A program made the position numbers and the translations under genes. Below the pieces are notes generated by a model that was given only the letters and a program-made list of their open reading frames with translations, did no database searches and had not been told where the DNA came from. DNA of 64,000 nucleotides from SAR86 cluster bacterium AG-422-E19. GTDB lineage: Bacteria; Pseudomonadota; Gammaproteobacteria; Magnimaribacterales; AG-339-G14. The stretch covers positions 64,015 through 128,014 of the forward strand of contig QCMR01000002.1 of NCBI GenBank assembly GCA_003213595.1. Direction: 5' to 3'. Position 1 is the first letter of the stretch. Each line of letters opens with the position of its first letter. Shown here one piece after another: positions 36,658 to 47,105 of this stretch.

Positions 36658-39474
36658 TTGGAAACAACAGGAACAATAGAAGAGAAGAAGCAAGAATCAG
36701 TTCAATCGGAACCAAAAAAAGATATGGTTTCGCCAGGTCAGCTAAGAATTATAAAGAGAAATGGATCCGTAGTTGATTTTGATGGTTCTAAAATAGAAAT
36801 TGCCATTACTAAGGCTTTTCTGGCAGTACATACCAGTGCTGCAGCAGCATCTTCAAGCGTTCATAGCAGAGTATCGGCTTTAAGTAGCCAAGTTGAAGAT
36901 ATCTTTAGAAAGAGAATGCCATCTGGTGGAACTATACATATAGAAGAAATTCAAGATCAGGTAGAACTGGCTTTGATGCGCTCTGAAGAACACAAGGTAG
37001 CAAGAGAATATGTTTTATATCGTGCTGAAAGAGCAAATCAAAGAGCAATAGAAACTCATATTCACGATCGTCCGGAAAAGGAGGAGCTTGAAACTTCTGA
37101 AAGAATTGAGGTTATAGCAAAAGAAGCATGCAGCGGCTTAGAGGGAACAGACAGTGAAAAAATTATTTCAGAAGCAAACAAAAACCTCTATGAAGGAGCT
37201 CCAGAACATGAGGTAAAAGAGTCATTGGTACTCTCCGCGCGTTCACTCGTTGAAGTGGAGCCAAACTATACTTTTGCAACAGCACGAATTCTATTAGACA
37301 GTCTTAGATCAGAGGCTCTTTCTTTCCTGGAGATAACAGAGAATGCAACTCATGAGGAAATGTCAGCTCTCTACCCTGAGGCTTTAAATGCATTTGTAAA
37401 AAAAGGAATTGAGTTAGAACTTATTAACCCAGAACTAGCAAACTATGACTTGGATTTACTCGGTAAAGCGTTGATTCCAGACAATGACTTACTTTTTTCT
37501 TACTTAGGTATTCAAACTCTTTACGATAGGTATTTCATTCACTCAAATGAAATAAGATTTGAACTCCCGCAAGTATTCTTTATGAGAGTGGCAATGGGCT
37601 TGGCCCTTAACGAGGAAAACAGAGAACAACGAGCCCTAGAATTCTATGAGTTGCTGTCTTCATTCGATTATATGAGTTCAACGCCTACCCTATTCAATGC
37701 AGGAACTATGCATTCTCAATTGTCCTCATGTTATTTGACAACTGTCCCCGATGACTTGCATGGAATTTATGGTGCACTTCAAGATAACGCAATGCTTTCA
37801 AAATGGGCAGGCGGTCTAGGTAACGACTGGACACCTGTAAGAGGAATGGGAGCCCACATCAAAGGCACAAACGGGAAATCCCAAGGAGTAGTTCCGTTTT
37901 TAAAAGTAGTCAACGATACCGCAGTTGCTGTAAATCAAGGCGGAAAAAGAAAGGGAGCTGTTTGTGCATATCTAGAAACTTGGCATTTGGATATCGAAGA
38001 ATTTGTTGAGCTGAGAAAAAATACTGGAGACGATAGAAGAAGAACACACGACATGAATACTGCCAATTGGGTTCCAGACCTATTCATGGAAAGAGTGTTT
38101 GAAGGAAAAAAGTGGACCCTCTTCACTCCAAATGAGACACCTGAATTGCATGATCTTTCTGGGGAAGCCTTCAGAGAAAAGTATGAGGAATATGAAAAGC
38201 TTGCTCAGGAAGGAATGCTTAAAGCATACAAAGAAGTAGAAGCGGAAGAATTATGGCGAAAAATATTATCCATGCTTTTTGAAACCGGACATCCTTGGAT
38301 AACCTTTAAAGACGCCTGTAACCTCAGATCTCCTCAACAACATACTGGGGTAATTCATTCATCAAACCTGTGTACAGAAATTACCCTTAATACTTCAAAT
38401 GATGAAATTGCAGTTTGTAACCTAGGTTCAATTAACATTCCTAATCATCTTGATGCAGAAGGAAACCTAGACAAAGAGAAACTGGAAAAGAACGTAACCA
38501 CTGCAATAAGAATGCTTGATAACGTGATAGACATAAATTACTACGCAGTGCCTCAGGCAGAAAACTCTAACTTTAAGCACAGACCTATAGGTATGGGAAT
38601 CATGGGTTTCCAAGATGCGCTTTACATTAAGAAAATACCTTACGCGTCAGAAGCAGCAGTTGATTTTGCCGATGAGTCAATGGAATTAGTGAGCTATATG
38701 GCAATAAACGCATCTTCTGATTTAGCTAAAGAAAGGGGTTCTTACTCTTCTTATGAGGGCTCTCTTTGGAGCCAAGGAATATTGCCACTCGACTCAATTG
38801 AAATTCTTGAAAAACAAAGAGGTAAGGACTTCATAGAAGTTGATAAGACAACCCGTCTTGACTGGGACGCTCTTAGAGAAAAAGTAAAAACTCAAGGGAT
38901 GAGAAACTCAAATACCATGGCAATAGCGCCAACAGCAACGATTGCCAATATCACAGGCTTAACTCAATCAATCGAGCCCACCTATTCAAACCTGTTTGTG
39001 AAATCAAATCTCTCTGGAGAGTTTACTGTCATTAACATGCATCTAGTTGATGCGCTTAAAGAGATAGATATGTGGGATGAGGTTATGGTTTACGATCTTA
39101 AGAACCTCAACGGAAGCTTAGAAAGTATAGCCAGAGTACCAGAAGACATTAAGAAGTTGTTCGCTACATCTTTCGAGGTGGAGCCCAAGTGGTTAATTGA
39201 AGCAGCAAGCAGAAGACAAAAATGGATAGATCAGAGTCAGTCATTGAATCTCTATGTTTCAAAGCCTAACGGTAAGAAACTCGATGTTATGTATCGAATG
39301 GCATGGTTGAGAGGATTGAAAACGACTTATTATCTAAGATCAAGAAGTGCCACAACAACCGAAAAATCAACAATAACCAATATGGAGCTCAATGCTGTAA
39401 AGACTGAACCTGAAACCTATGATCAGCCAGAAGCGTGTTCCATTGACGATCCTGACTGCGAGGCATGTCAGTAA
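36658..39474 (+). CDS. nrdA: ribonucleoside-diphosphate reductase alpha subunit, class Ia
   Basis: ATP-cone (QLRIIKRNGSVVDFD), catalytic NLCTEI, and the C-terminal CxxC tail (DCEACQ). The TTG start follows AAGGAA. Confidence 0.95.
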   Translation: METTGTIEEKKQESVQSEPKKDMVSPGQLRIIKRNGSVVDFDGSKIEIAITKAFLAVHTSAAAASSSVHSRVSALSSQVEDIFRKRMPSGGTIHIEEIQDQVELALMRSEEHKVAREYVLYRAERANQRAIETHIHDRPEKEELETSERIEVIAKEACSGLEGTDSEKIISEANKNLYEGAPEHEVKESLVLSARSLVEVEPNYTFATARILLDSLRSEALSFLEITENATHEEMSALYPEALNAFVKKGIELELINPELANYDLDLLGKALIPDNDLLFSYLGIQTLYDRYFIHSNEIRFELPQVFFMRVAMGLALNEENREQRALEFYELLSSFDYMSSTPTLFNAGTMHSQLSSCYLTTVPDDLHGIYGALQDNAMLSKWAGGLGNDWTPVRGMGAHIKGTNGKSQGVVPFLKVVNDTAVAVNQGGKRKGAVCAYLETWHLDIEEFVELRKNTGDDRRRTHDMNTANWVPDLFMERVFEGKKWTLFTPNETPELHDLSGEAFREKYEEYEKLAQEGMLKAYKEVEAEELWRKILSMLFETGHPWITFKDACNLRSPQQHTGVIHSSNLCTEITLNTSNDEIAVCNLGSINIPNHLDAEGNLDKEKLEKNVTTAIRMLDNVIDINYYAVPQAENSNFKHRPIGMGIMGFQDALYIKKIPYASEAAVDFADESMELVSYMAINASSDLAKERGSYSSYEGSLWSQGILPLDSIEILEKQRGKDFIEVDKTTRLDWDALREKVKTQGMRNSNTMAIAPTATIANITGLTQSIEPTYSNLFVKSNLSGEFTVINMHLVDALKEIDMWDEVMVYDLKNLNGSLESIARVPEDIKKLFATSFEVEPKWLIEAASRRQKWIDQSQSLNLYVSKPNGKKLDVMYRMAWLRGLKTTYYLRSRSATTTEKSTITNMELNAVKTEPETYDQPEACSIDDPDCEACQ

Positions 39475-39492
39475 TTTTATAAGGAGGTAGCT

Positions 39493-40731
39493 ATGTTATC
39501 TTGGGATGACTTTAACTCAGAAGAAACACAAAAAACGCCGGTAGCTGAACCAGCAAAAGCACAAGTCGTAACGCAACAATCAGCTGTTGTGAATGATGAT
39601 GCTGTAACTCCAGCAAAAAACCCGCCAATAAATACAGGCTCATTTAATGATGTATCCGAAGCTCTGGATAATCTGGATATAGAAAAAGGCCTAGAAGAGT
39701 TGGAAGGTGCATCAAGTAGAGTCGACGTTGATCAAAAGCAAATGATCAACTGCCGAGCAGATGTAAATCAATTGGTTCCCTTCAAGTACGATTGGGCTTG
39801 GCAGAAATATCTTGATGGCAGTGCCAATCATTGGATGCCACAAGAAATAAATATGACTGCTGATGTAGCTCTCTGGAAAGACCCAAATGGCCTTACCGAG
39901 GACGAAAGGAGAATCGTAATGAGAAATCTTGGATTTTTCTCTACGGCTGACTCATTGGTGGCAAATAATATCGTCCTATCCGTATACCGACACATCACAA
40001 ATCCAGAATGTAGACAGTATTTGTTGAGACAGGCTTTGGAAGAAGCAATTCATACCCATGCCTATCAGTATGTTATTGAATCTTTAGGTATGGATGAAGG
40101 AGAAATCTTTAATATGTACAAAGAAATCCCTTCGGTAGCGAGAAAAGCTGCTTGGGCTCTCCCTTTTACAGAATCTCTAGCTGACCAAAATTTTAAAACT
40201 GGGTCATTAGAGGATGATAAAACTTTATTGAGAAATCTAATCGCCTTTTACTGTGTATTGGAAGGAATTTTCTTTTACTGTGGTTTTACCCAAATATTAT
40301 CCATGGGTAACAGAAATAAAATGACAGGAACGGCGGAACAATTCCAATACATTTTAAGAGATGAATCTATGCATGTTAATTTTGGAATAGATATGATCAA
40401 TCAGATTAAACTTGAAAATCCTCAGCTCTGGGATGAAGCTATGCAAACCGAAGCAAGGAATATGATTCTGCAAGGAACGCAATTGGAAATAGAGTACGCT
40501 CATGACACCATGCCCGGTGGTATTTTAGGGATGAATGCAGAGAGTATGTCTGATTATTTAAGATTCATTGCAAACCGAAGACTTACCCAAATTGGACTTG
40601 AAGAAGAATTTCCTAATGCAACTAATCCTTTTCCTTGGATGTCTGAGATCATGGACTTGCGTAAAGAAAAGAATTTCTTTGAAACTCGCGTCATTGAGTA
40701 CCAGACTGGTGGCGCTTTGAGTTGGGACTAA
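39493..40731 (+). CDS. nrdB: ribonucleoside-diphosphate reductase beta subunit, class Ia
   Basis: Di-iron ligand motifs ([15 protein letters not shown]) and a strong RBS TAAGGAGG. There is a ~90-aa N-terminal extension. Confidence 0.95.
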   Translation: MLSWDDFNSEETQKTPVAEPAKAQVVTQQSAVVNDDAVTPAKNPPINTGSFNDVSEALDNLDIEKGLEELEGASSRVDVDQKQMINCRADVNQLVPFKYDWAWQKYLDGSANHWMPQEINMTADVALWKDPNGLTEDERRIVMRNLGFFSTADSLVANNIVLSVYRHITNPECRQYLLRQALEEAIHTHAYQYVIESLGMDEGEIFNMYKEIPSVARKAAWALPFTESLADQNFKTGSLEDDKTLLRNLIAFYCVLEGIFFYCGFTQILSMGNRNKMTGTAEQFQYILRDESMHVNFGIDMINQIKLENPQLWDEAMQTEARNMILQGTQLEIEYAHDTMPGGILGMNAESMSDYLRFIANRRLTQIGLEEEFPNATNPFPWMSEIMDLRKEKNFFETRVIEYQTGGALSWD

Positions 40732-41480
40732 AAAAAAAGAACTATCCTTTAATAGTTGCGCATCGTGGAGCTTCGATGGAAGCTCCCGAAAATACACTTC
40801 CAGCATATATCAAAGCTTGGGAACAAGGAGTTGACGCTGTCGAGCTCGATGTCAGAGAAACAAAAGACAAACGATTGATCTGTATTCATGATGACAGTCT
40901 TGCAAGAGTCAGTGAAAGCGAATATACAATCTCACAAGAAACTCTTTCTGCTTTAAAAACCGTAGACGTAGGAAGCTTTCGTTCAAAAAAGTTTGCAAAT
41001 ACACACATACCTTTACTTAAAGAAGCGTTTGATTGTAAGCCGGAAAAATCAAAAATTTTTGTCGAAATAAAGCCAAGTAAAATTAGCTTTAATGAATTGA
41101 ATGATATGGTTGAAACCGGTGTAATTTCAAAATTGAATACTCATTTTTTGGGTTTTTACCCAAACGTTGTGAATAGTTTAATGAAGAGATTTGATATCCC
41201 TGCAACGTTGAGCATTATTCCTGCTTTTTTTGATTACGACTATGAAAAGATAAGCTCCTTTCTTGAAAAAAGTAATTCTTTTGGCATCAGTCAGCATATT
41301 GATTCAAAAAAGAGTATGAATTTGATCAAAAAATTTAAAGAGGAAGGTAACTATTGCATCACCTGGACTGTGAATAATAAGAAATACATGCGAGATCTAA
41401 TAGAGCTTGGTGTGGATGCAATTATCACTGATAATCCTAAAAAATTGATGAAAGTAATAAAAGAAAAACAAAATGGATAA
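40722..41480 (+). CDS. glycerophosphodiester phosphodiesterase family protein
   Basis: IVAHRGAS...APENTL...ELDV...IHD motifs. Only a TTG start keeps the HRG motif, and it overlaps the nrdB end by 10 nt. Confidence 0.75.
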   Translation: MGLKKKNYPLIVAHRGASMEAPENTLPAYIKAWEQGVDAVELDVRETKDKRLICIHDDSLARVSESEYTISQETLSALKTVDVGSFRSKKFANTHIPLLKEAFDCKPEKSKIFVEIKPSKISFNELNDMVETGVISKLNTHFLGFYPNVVNSLMKRFDIPATLSIIPAFFDYDYEKISSFLEKSNSFGISQHIDSKKSMNLIKKFKEEGNYCITWTVNNKKYMRDLIELGVDAIITDNPKKLMKVIKEKQNG

Positions 41481-42387
41481 TTTGGTAAAAGTTGCAGAGG
41501 GTTTTCATTTTTTAGAAGGCCCAAGATGGCATGAAAATAAGTTATGGTTTTCAGATATGCACGGTTATAAAGTCCACAATCTTGATGCTGATGGAAATCT
41601 ATCTACTCTCGCAGAAATACCGGAACAACCCTCTGGGCTTGGATGGTTGCCGGATGGGAGTTTGATTATCGTTTCTATGCTTGATCGAAAACTCATGAAA
41701 CTTAAAGATGGAGAGCTTTCGATTCATGCCGACATGTCACATCTTACTCCTTACCAATGTAATGATATGGTCATTGCCAAAGATGGAACTGCTTATGTAG
41801 GAAACTTTGGAACAGACAATGTTGAAGGTAAGATTCATAAAACTTGCTTGATTTCTGTAACGCAAGAAGGAGAGACAAAAATATGCGCTGATGACCTACT
41901 CTTTCCAAATGGAACGGTCATTTCACCAGATGGCAAAGAATTAATTGTTGGAGAGACGTTTGGAGGAAATTTAACTTCCTTTCAAATTAATGAATCTGGT
42001 GAATTATCTCATAGAACCATTTGGGCAAGAGTCATGCCCCTTCACTTTAAAATAATCACAAGCATCATTAGGTTTCTGAATATTCCTCTAAAAGAATCAA
42101 ACAGCACCCCTTTTCCTCTACCGGATGGCATATGCTTGGATTCAGATAGTGGAATTTGGGTTGCTTCTCCGACGACTGCAGAGGTAATTAGATATAAGAA
42201 AGGAGGAAAAATTACCGATCGAATTCCAACTCCTCAGCCTGCTTATGCATGTATGTTAGGTGGCAAAGACGAAAAAGAACTTTATATTTTGACTGCTGAA
42301 TCTTCAATTCCCCAGTTTTGTAAAGAAAACAAAACTGGAGAGATTTATAAAGTTGAAGTTGATTATGAAAGGGCTGGTGAGCCTTAG
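41473..42387 (+). CDS. SMP-30/gluconolactonase/LRE-like beta-propeller protein
   Basis: EGPRWHENKLWFSD and repeated blade-like segments. Confidence 0.7.
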   Translation: MDNLVKVAEGFHFLEGPRWHENKLWFSDMHGYKVHNLDADGNLSTLAEIPEQPSGLGWLPDGSLIIVSMLDRKLMKLKDGELSIHADMSHLTPYQCNDMVIAKDGTAYVGNFGTDNVEGKIHKTCLISVTQEGETKICADDLLFPNGTVISPDGKELIVGETFGGNLTSFQINESGELSHRTIWARVMPLHFKIITSIIRFLNIPLKESNSTPFPLPDGICLDSDSGIWVASPTTAEVIRYKKGGKITDRIPTPQPAYACMLGGKDEKELYILTAESSIPQFCKENKTGEIYKVEVDYERAGEP

Positions 42388-43292
42388 CCTTTCATTATCA
42401 ATTCAAAGATTTTTTGCGATTGTTCACCGCCCTGATAACAAGGTCTTGCATCTTTCATATCAGAGATTTCATCCCATTTCTCTGCGATGTTTTCTGCGGT
42501 CATATCTTCACCAGTGCCTAAGTTGACACCCATAGTTTCGTGAACAAAAACTCTTGCAAAAACTCCAGCTCCTGCTGACATGATGACTCCTGTCGGCGCT
42601 TCTTCAGAGACCATGTAGGTTACGGCTGGAGTTACGTGATCAGGTTGAATCTGATCTAAAACTTCTCCAGGCATCAAATCTTCAGTCATTCGAGTTCCTG
42701 CTACAGGAGCAAGAGCATTACATTTAATATTGTACTTAGCGCCTTCTAGTTTAAGGGTATTGATTAAGCCAACCACACCCATTTTTGCTGCACCGTAATT
42801 TGTTTGTCCAAAATTTCCATACAAACCGCTAGACGATGAAGTCACCACAATTCTGCCGTAATTCTGTTCTTTCATAATTTCCCAAACTGCTTTTGTACAG
42901 TTTACTGTTCCCATTAAATGAACTTCCAAAACCATGCGAAAATCTTCATCAGTAACTTTTGAAAAAGATTTATCTCTTAGGATTCCGGCATTATTAATTA
43001 AGATATCTATTCTGCCGTAAGCATCCATAGTTTGTTTTACCATTTCCTCGACTTGAGCAACATCAGTGACACTTGCTCCATTCGCCATTGCTTCTCCACC
43101 TGCTGCTTTAATTTCTTCTACAACCTTTTCTGCTGCCGATAAAGAGCCATCATTAGAACCATCTACGTTTCCACCAAGGTCGTTTACAACAACCTTAGCC
43201 CCTCTCTTTGCTAAATCTAAAGCATGACATCTGCCTAATCCGCCACCAGCTCCAGTTACAATGGCAACTTTTCCGTCAAAATTAATAGTCAT
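42384..43292 (-). CDS. SDR, MFE-2/HSD17B4-type (3R)-hydroxyacyl-CoA dehydrogenase-like
   Basis: FDGKVAIVTGAGGGLGRCHALDLAKRGAKVVVNDLGG closely parallels the N-terminal dehydrogenase domain of multifunctional enzyme 2. The catalytic YGAAK is present. Confidence 0.8.
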   Translation of the reverse strand: MTINFDGKVAIVTGAGGGLGRCHALDLAKRGAKVVVNDLGGNVDGSNDGSLSAAEKVVEEIKAAGGEAMANGASVTDVAQVEEMVKQTMDAYGRIDILINNAGILRDKSFSKVTDEDFRMVLEVHLMGTVNCTKAVWEIMKEQNYGRIVVTSSSSGLYGNFGQTNYGAAKMGVVGLINTLKLEGAKYNIKCNALAPVAGTRMTEDLMPGEVLDQIQPDHVTPAVTYMVSEEAPTGVIMSAGAGVFARVFVHETMGVNLGTGEDMTAENIAEKWDEISDMKDARPCYQGGEQSQKIFELIMKG

Positions 43293-43350
43293 TTAGTTCT
43301 CCTTGTTATTTAATATGCGTTTGAATAATTCAAGTCGGTAATATTACATC

Positions 43351-44892
43351 TTGTCAGAACGTAAGCAAAATAAAAAAATTGATAAAAGAGTTCCTGTCAT
43401 CGTTGGCGTCGGTGACTTGGTTGATAGATCCAAAGAAGATGGGCTAAACCCTCAAGAGCTACTTGCAAAAGCCTGTGAGCATGCGATTCAAGACTCTGGC
43501 ATCAAAGAATTGAATAAGCACATTGATTATATGGGTGTAGTTAGGTTTACCGTAGATTTTCTTACCGCGACCAACCAATCAAATTTTCAATATTCTAATT
43601 TTCCAAGAACTCTAGCAAATAAGCTAAACATCTCAGCAAAAAATGAAGTATATGCTCCGATGGGTGGTAATAGTCCTCAAGTATTGTTGGAAGACGCTCT
43701 TGTTAAAATTTCCACTGGGGAAACAGATTGCGCTTTGCTTAGTGGTGGTGAAGCTCTTCAAACAATGATAGCTAAGTTAAAAGCTGGCATGTCATTAGAC
43801 TGGCTAGATGAGCCAGGCGGCTCACCGGAGATGATAGGCAATAATGATATTGGTTTTTCAGATCATGAAAAGTTACATGGAATGGACTTGCCAACCAATG
43901 TATACCCTCTTTTTGCTCAAGCATTGAGAAAAGAAGAGAAAAAAACAGCGGCTACTCATCTTGGTGAATGTAGTACCTTATTCAGCGAATTCAGCAAGAT
44001 TGCATCCAAAAATCCTTATTCTTGGTTTCCTTCCTATCGCAGCGCAACCGAGATCGCAGAAGAAACGTCAAACAATCGAATGGTTGGTTTCCCATATACA
44101 AAATATTTAAATTCAGTCATTCGAGTAAATATGGCATCCGCTTTTATCTTGATGTCAAAAGCTAAAGCCGATGAACTAAGCGTTGCAGAAAGTAAAAGAG
44201 TGTATGTTCATGGTTGCTCTATTCTGAATGATATTTGGAACGTTACTGAAAGACCTGATTTTCATTCTTCCCCTGCAATCAAAACTTGTGTTAATCAGTC
44301 TTTGGATCAAGCTGAAATATCTTTATCCGACATAAAACACTTTGATTTGTATTCTTGTTTCCCTTCAGCAGTACAAATTGCAAAAAGAGAATTAGAAATT
44401 CCGGAAGAAAAAAAAGATTTAACGGTTACGGGAGGTTTGCCCTACTTTGGAGGTCCTGGAAATTCTTACACGATGTTTTCAACTACAGAAATGGTAAGAC
44501 AACTCAGGAAAAAACCTCAAACTTATGGATTACTTACTGCAAATTCATGGTTTATTACCAAACACGCAGCTCTTGTCATGTCGACAATCCCAGCCAAACC
44601 TTTTGAAAAAATAAATAACAGTTCTGTCCAAAAAGATATCAATTCAAAAGCCATTCAAAATTTTACGGAAACGCCTTCAGGAAATGGGAAGATAGATACT
44701 TATACCGTGATCAATGGGAGAAAAGGTTTAGAATTTGCTTTAATAGTAGGAACTCTAGATGATGGAACTAGATTTATTGCTAATAGCGAAAAAGATGAGA
44801 TTCTTCTAAATAAAATGATTAAAAATGAGATGTTGGATGCCAAAGTATTCGTTTCTCAAAAAGAAGGAAAGAATATTTTTAACTTAATTTAA
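43351..44892 (+). CDS. thiolase-fold (SCP2-thiolase-like) protein with ~110-aa C-terminal extension; canonical catalytic Cys not seen
   Basis: VPVIVGVGD, DLYSCFPSAV and GGLPYFGGPGNS are thiolase-like. The nucleophile position reads GGNSP instead of CxSG. The start codon is TTG. Confidence 0.6.
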   Translation: MSERKQNKKIDKRVPVIVGVGDLVDRSKEDGLNPQELLAKACEHAIQDSGIKELNKHIDYMGVVRFTVDFLTATNQSNFQYSNFPRTLANKLNISAKNEVYAPMGGNSPQVLLEDALVKISTGETDCALLSGGEALQTMIAKLKAGMSLDWLDEPGGSPEMIGNNDIGFSDHEKLHGMDLPTNVYPLFAQALRKEEKKTAATHLGECSTLFSEFSKIASKNPYSWFPSYRSATEIAEETSNNRMVGFPYTKYLNSVIRVNMASAFILMSKAKADELSVAESKRVYVHGCSILNDIWNVTERPDFHSSPAIKTCVNQSLDQAEISLSDIKHFDLYSCFPSAVQIAKRELEIPEEKKDLTVTGGLPYFGGPGNSYTMFSTTEMVRQLRKKPQTYGLLTANSWFITKHAALVMSTIPAKPFEKINNSSVQKDINSKAIQNFTETPSGNGKIDTYTVINGRKGLEFALIVGTLDDGTRFIANSEKDEILLNKMIKNEMLDAKVFVSQKEGKNIFNLI

Positions 44893-44904
44893 AAGGAAAG
44901 ACAC

Positions 44905-45899
44905 ATGAAAGAAGTAAATGTTTTAGTAACCGGAGCTGCCGGTCAAATCGGTTATGCCTTACTGACTAGATTGGCTAGTGGTGAAACTTTTGGGCCGGAT
45001 GTTAAAGTTAATTTGAACCTCGTTGAAGTACCTCAAGTTGTATCCAGGCTTGAAGGCTCTCGTATGGAATTAGAAGATTGTGGTTTTAATACCCTGGGAA
45101 CTGTAAAAAACTTTTCCGATATGAATGAAGCTTCTGGAGATGTAGATTGGGCTCTTTTAGTTGGTAGCATTCCAAGAGGTATTACTATCAATGGGAAAAA
45201 AATTGAAGAACGCGGAGACTTATTAAAAATAAATGGCGGTATTTTACTGAACAAGGAAAAGCTCTAGGAGGAAACGCCAAGGCAGATGCAAAAATACTTG
45301 TTGTTGGGAACCCGGCAAATACCAATGCTTTAATTGGCTGCACGCATGGCAATAATGAGTCTCAAACGTGGATGGCAATGACTGCCTTAGATGCCAACAG
45401 AGCTAAAGCTCAGGTAGCAAACAAATGCAATTTGGAGATTTCCAATATTAAGAAAATGACTATATGGGGAAACCACAGTCCAACCATGTATCCTGATCTA
45501 GACAATGCAGAAATCAAAGGCGAATCAGCAAGCGGCTGGATCAATGATCAAAATTGGATTGAGAGTGATTTTCTTAGAATCGTTCAACAACGTGGGAAGG
45601 CTATTATCGATGCCAGAGGAGCTTCTTCTGCAACGTCAGCGGCTAATGCTGCTATTGATACGGTAAAGGCAACACTTTCTGAAACTCCTGCAGATGACTG
45701 GTTTAGTGCGGCAGTCTTAAGCGATGGCAGTTACAATGTTCCTGAAGGATTAATCTTCGGCTTCCCTTTGAAAACTGATGAAAGTGGAAAGGTTTCAATT
45801 GTCCAAGATTTACCAATAAGCGATTATGCTCAGGAGAAAATTAATCTAACTACTCAAGAGCTTCTGGATGAGAAAAACGATATAAAAGATTTACTTTGA
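44905..45899 (+). pseudogene. mdh: malate dehydrogenase (LDH-like cytosolic type), broken by a 1-nt frameshift in a T4 run
   Basis: ORF 44905-45267 (VTGAAGQIGY, MELEDC) and ORF 45372-45899 (LDANRAKAQ, WGNHS) are the two halves. Adding one T at 45242-45245 restores ...[35 protein letters not shown]..., about 331 aa. Confidence 0.85.
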
Positions 45900-46025
45900 T
45901 TAATGTCGATGGATCATATGCTCAACTGAATGTTGCATTTTTTCCAACTGACTATGATAAAAATTATAGAGAAAAGCTCCTCCAAAAACTAAGATCAATA
46001 AAATAAATATTAAAGTTTTATTCAT
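45900..46025 (-). CDS. possible 41-aa single-TM micro-protein
   Basis: MNKTLIFILLILVFGGAFLYNFYHSQLEKMQHSVEHMIHRH. Its ATG overlaps the stop of the upstream ORF (TGATG). No independent SD was found. Confidence 0.3.
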   Translation of the reverse strand: MNKTLIFILLILVFGGAFLYNFYHSQLEKMQHSVEHMIHRH

Positions 46026-46255
46026 CAGTTAATACTCCTTTCAATCCACTCTTCTAAAAATCCCTCGTAAGGTTGTTCTCTATCGTGAATTGGCATTCCC
46101 TTATCGTCAATAGTAACTCCAAAAAAATACCTTACCCCAACATGAAAGGATTCCATAATAAAACCTTCATCTAAAGCTAGAGGAACTCCTTGATGATCAG
46201 CTCTATGTTTTAAATAATTGAGAAATCTTATTGGTTCAAAATTTTCTTTATTCAT
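46025..46255 (-). CDS. hypothetical 76-aa protein
   Basis: ORF with no recognisable motif. It is tightly packed after the GST-like gene. Confidence 0.45.
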   Translation of the reverse strand: MNKENFEPIRFLNYLKHRADHQGVPLALDEGFIMESFHVGVRYFFGVTIDDKGMPIHDREQPYEGFLEEWIERSIN

Positions 46256-46271
46256 TTTTAACTTTCATAAA

Positions 46272-47093
46272 TTATCTTGGAGCTTTTTTCATTAAAAATA
46301 AAGCTAATGGTAATGTTATTGGAAAAGAAAGGAACATAATAATTATTCCAAAATAAAAGAAAATTCTTTGTAAAAAATTTGAAGACTTCGGAGGTGGTAA
46401 ATTAGGCTCAAAAAATTCACCTGAATAAAGATGAGGATAATCTTTAAACCTTAGATGCATCTTATGAATCCAATTTCTTAAGTTGAAGAGTCTTTCATCA
46501 TTTTGCAAGGCTCTAAGAGCGGGAACGGGAAGACTTGAGTGACACTGAATTACCCCAAAAAGTAAAAAATCTCTTGTACCAGGATTGAGACCATCAATGA
46601 AAGATCCATCCGATTCAAGAAGCTCTTTTTCCCAAAAAAGATATTGATCTCCAAAATTTTTAGGGTCTTTCATATTAAATTTAACTTTTATGATATTTAT
46701 AAGTAGGAACATGTAAAAACATGTAAAACTTAAAAGAAAACTATTTATCAAACTTTTTATAAGCGGTAAGTTCAAGTCACAAGCATGAGCCCATGCTGAA
46801 AAAAATTTAAAGGGATTATCAGGGCGGTGTAAGACACCTTTCCATGCATCTTGAGCAGCTTTTATATCTTCTTCAGAAACTTTATTGAATCCAACTTTTT
46901 TTAATATTTTTGAAGATTCAACTTCCCAAGAATTTCCATCTAAAGCAACAGCTGGCATATAAACACCCCAGATTTTAAATATTTCTAATGGTGGTATTTG
47001 ATATAAGGTATATTTTATTTTCTTTTCATGTAGGCCTAATAAAACTGCTTGAACCCAAGGAGAATGATTGTGGCCATATATTTTTACATTCAT
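46272..47093 (-). CDS. GST/thioredoxin-fold N-domain protein with internal and C-terminal hydrophobic helices
   Basis: KIYGHNHSPWVQAVLLGL resembles a GST_N/glutaredoxin-2-like start. The hydrophobic stretches are LLSFTCFYMFLLINII and FYFGIIIMFLSFPITLPLALFL. Confidence 0.5.
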   Translation of the reverse strand: MNVKIYGHNHSPWVQAVLLGLHEKKIKYTLYQIPPLEIFKIWGVYMPAVALDGNSWEVESSKILKKVGFNKVSEEDIKAAQDAWKGVLHRPDNPFKFFSAWAHACDLNLPLIKSLINSFLLSFTCFYMFLLINIIKVKFNMKDPKNFGDQYLFWEKELLESDGSFIDGLNPGTRDFLLFGVIQCHSSLPVPALRALQNDERLFNLRNWIHKMHLRFKDYPHLYSGEFFEPNLPPPKSSNFLQRIFFYFGIIIMFLSFPITLPLALFLMKKAPR

Positions 47094-47105
47094 GACAGTT
47101 TTTGG

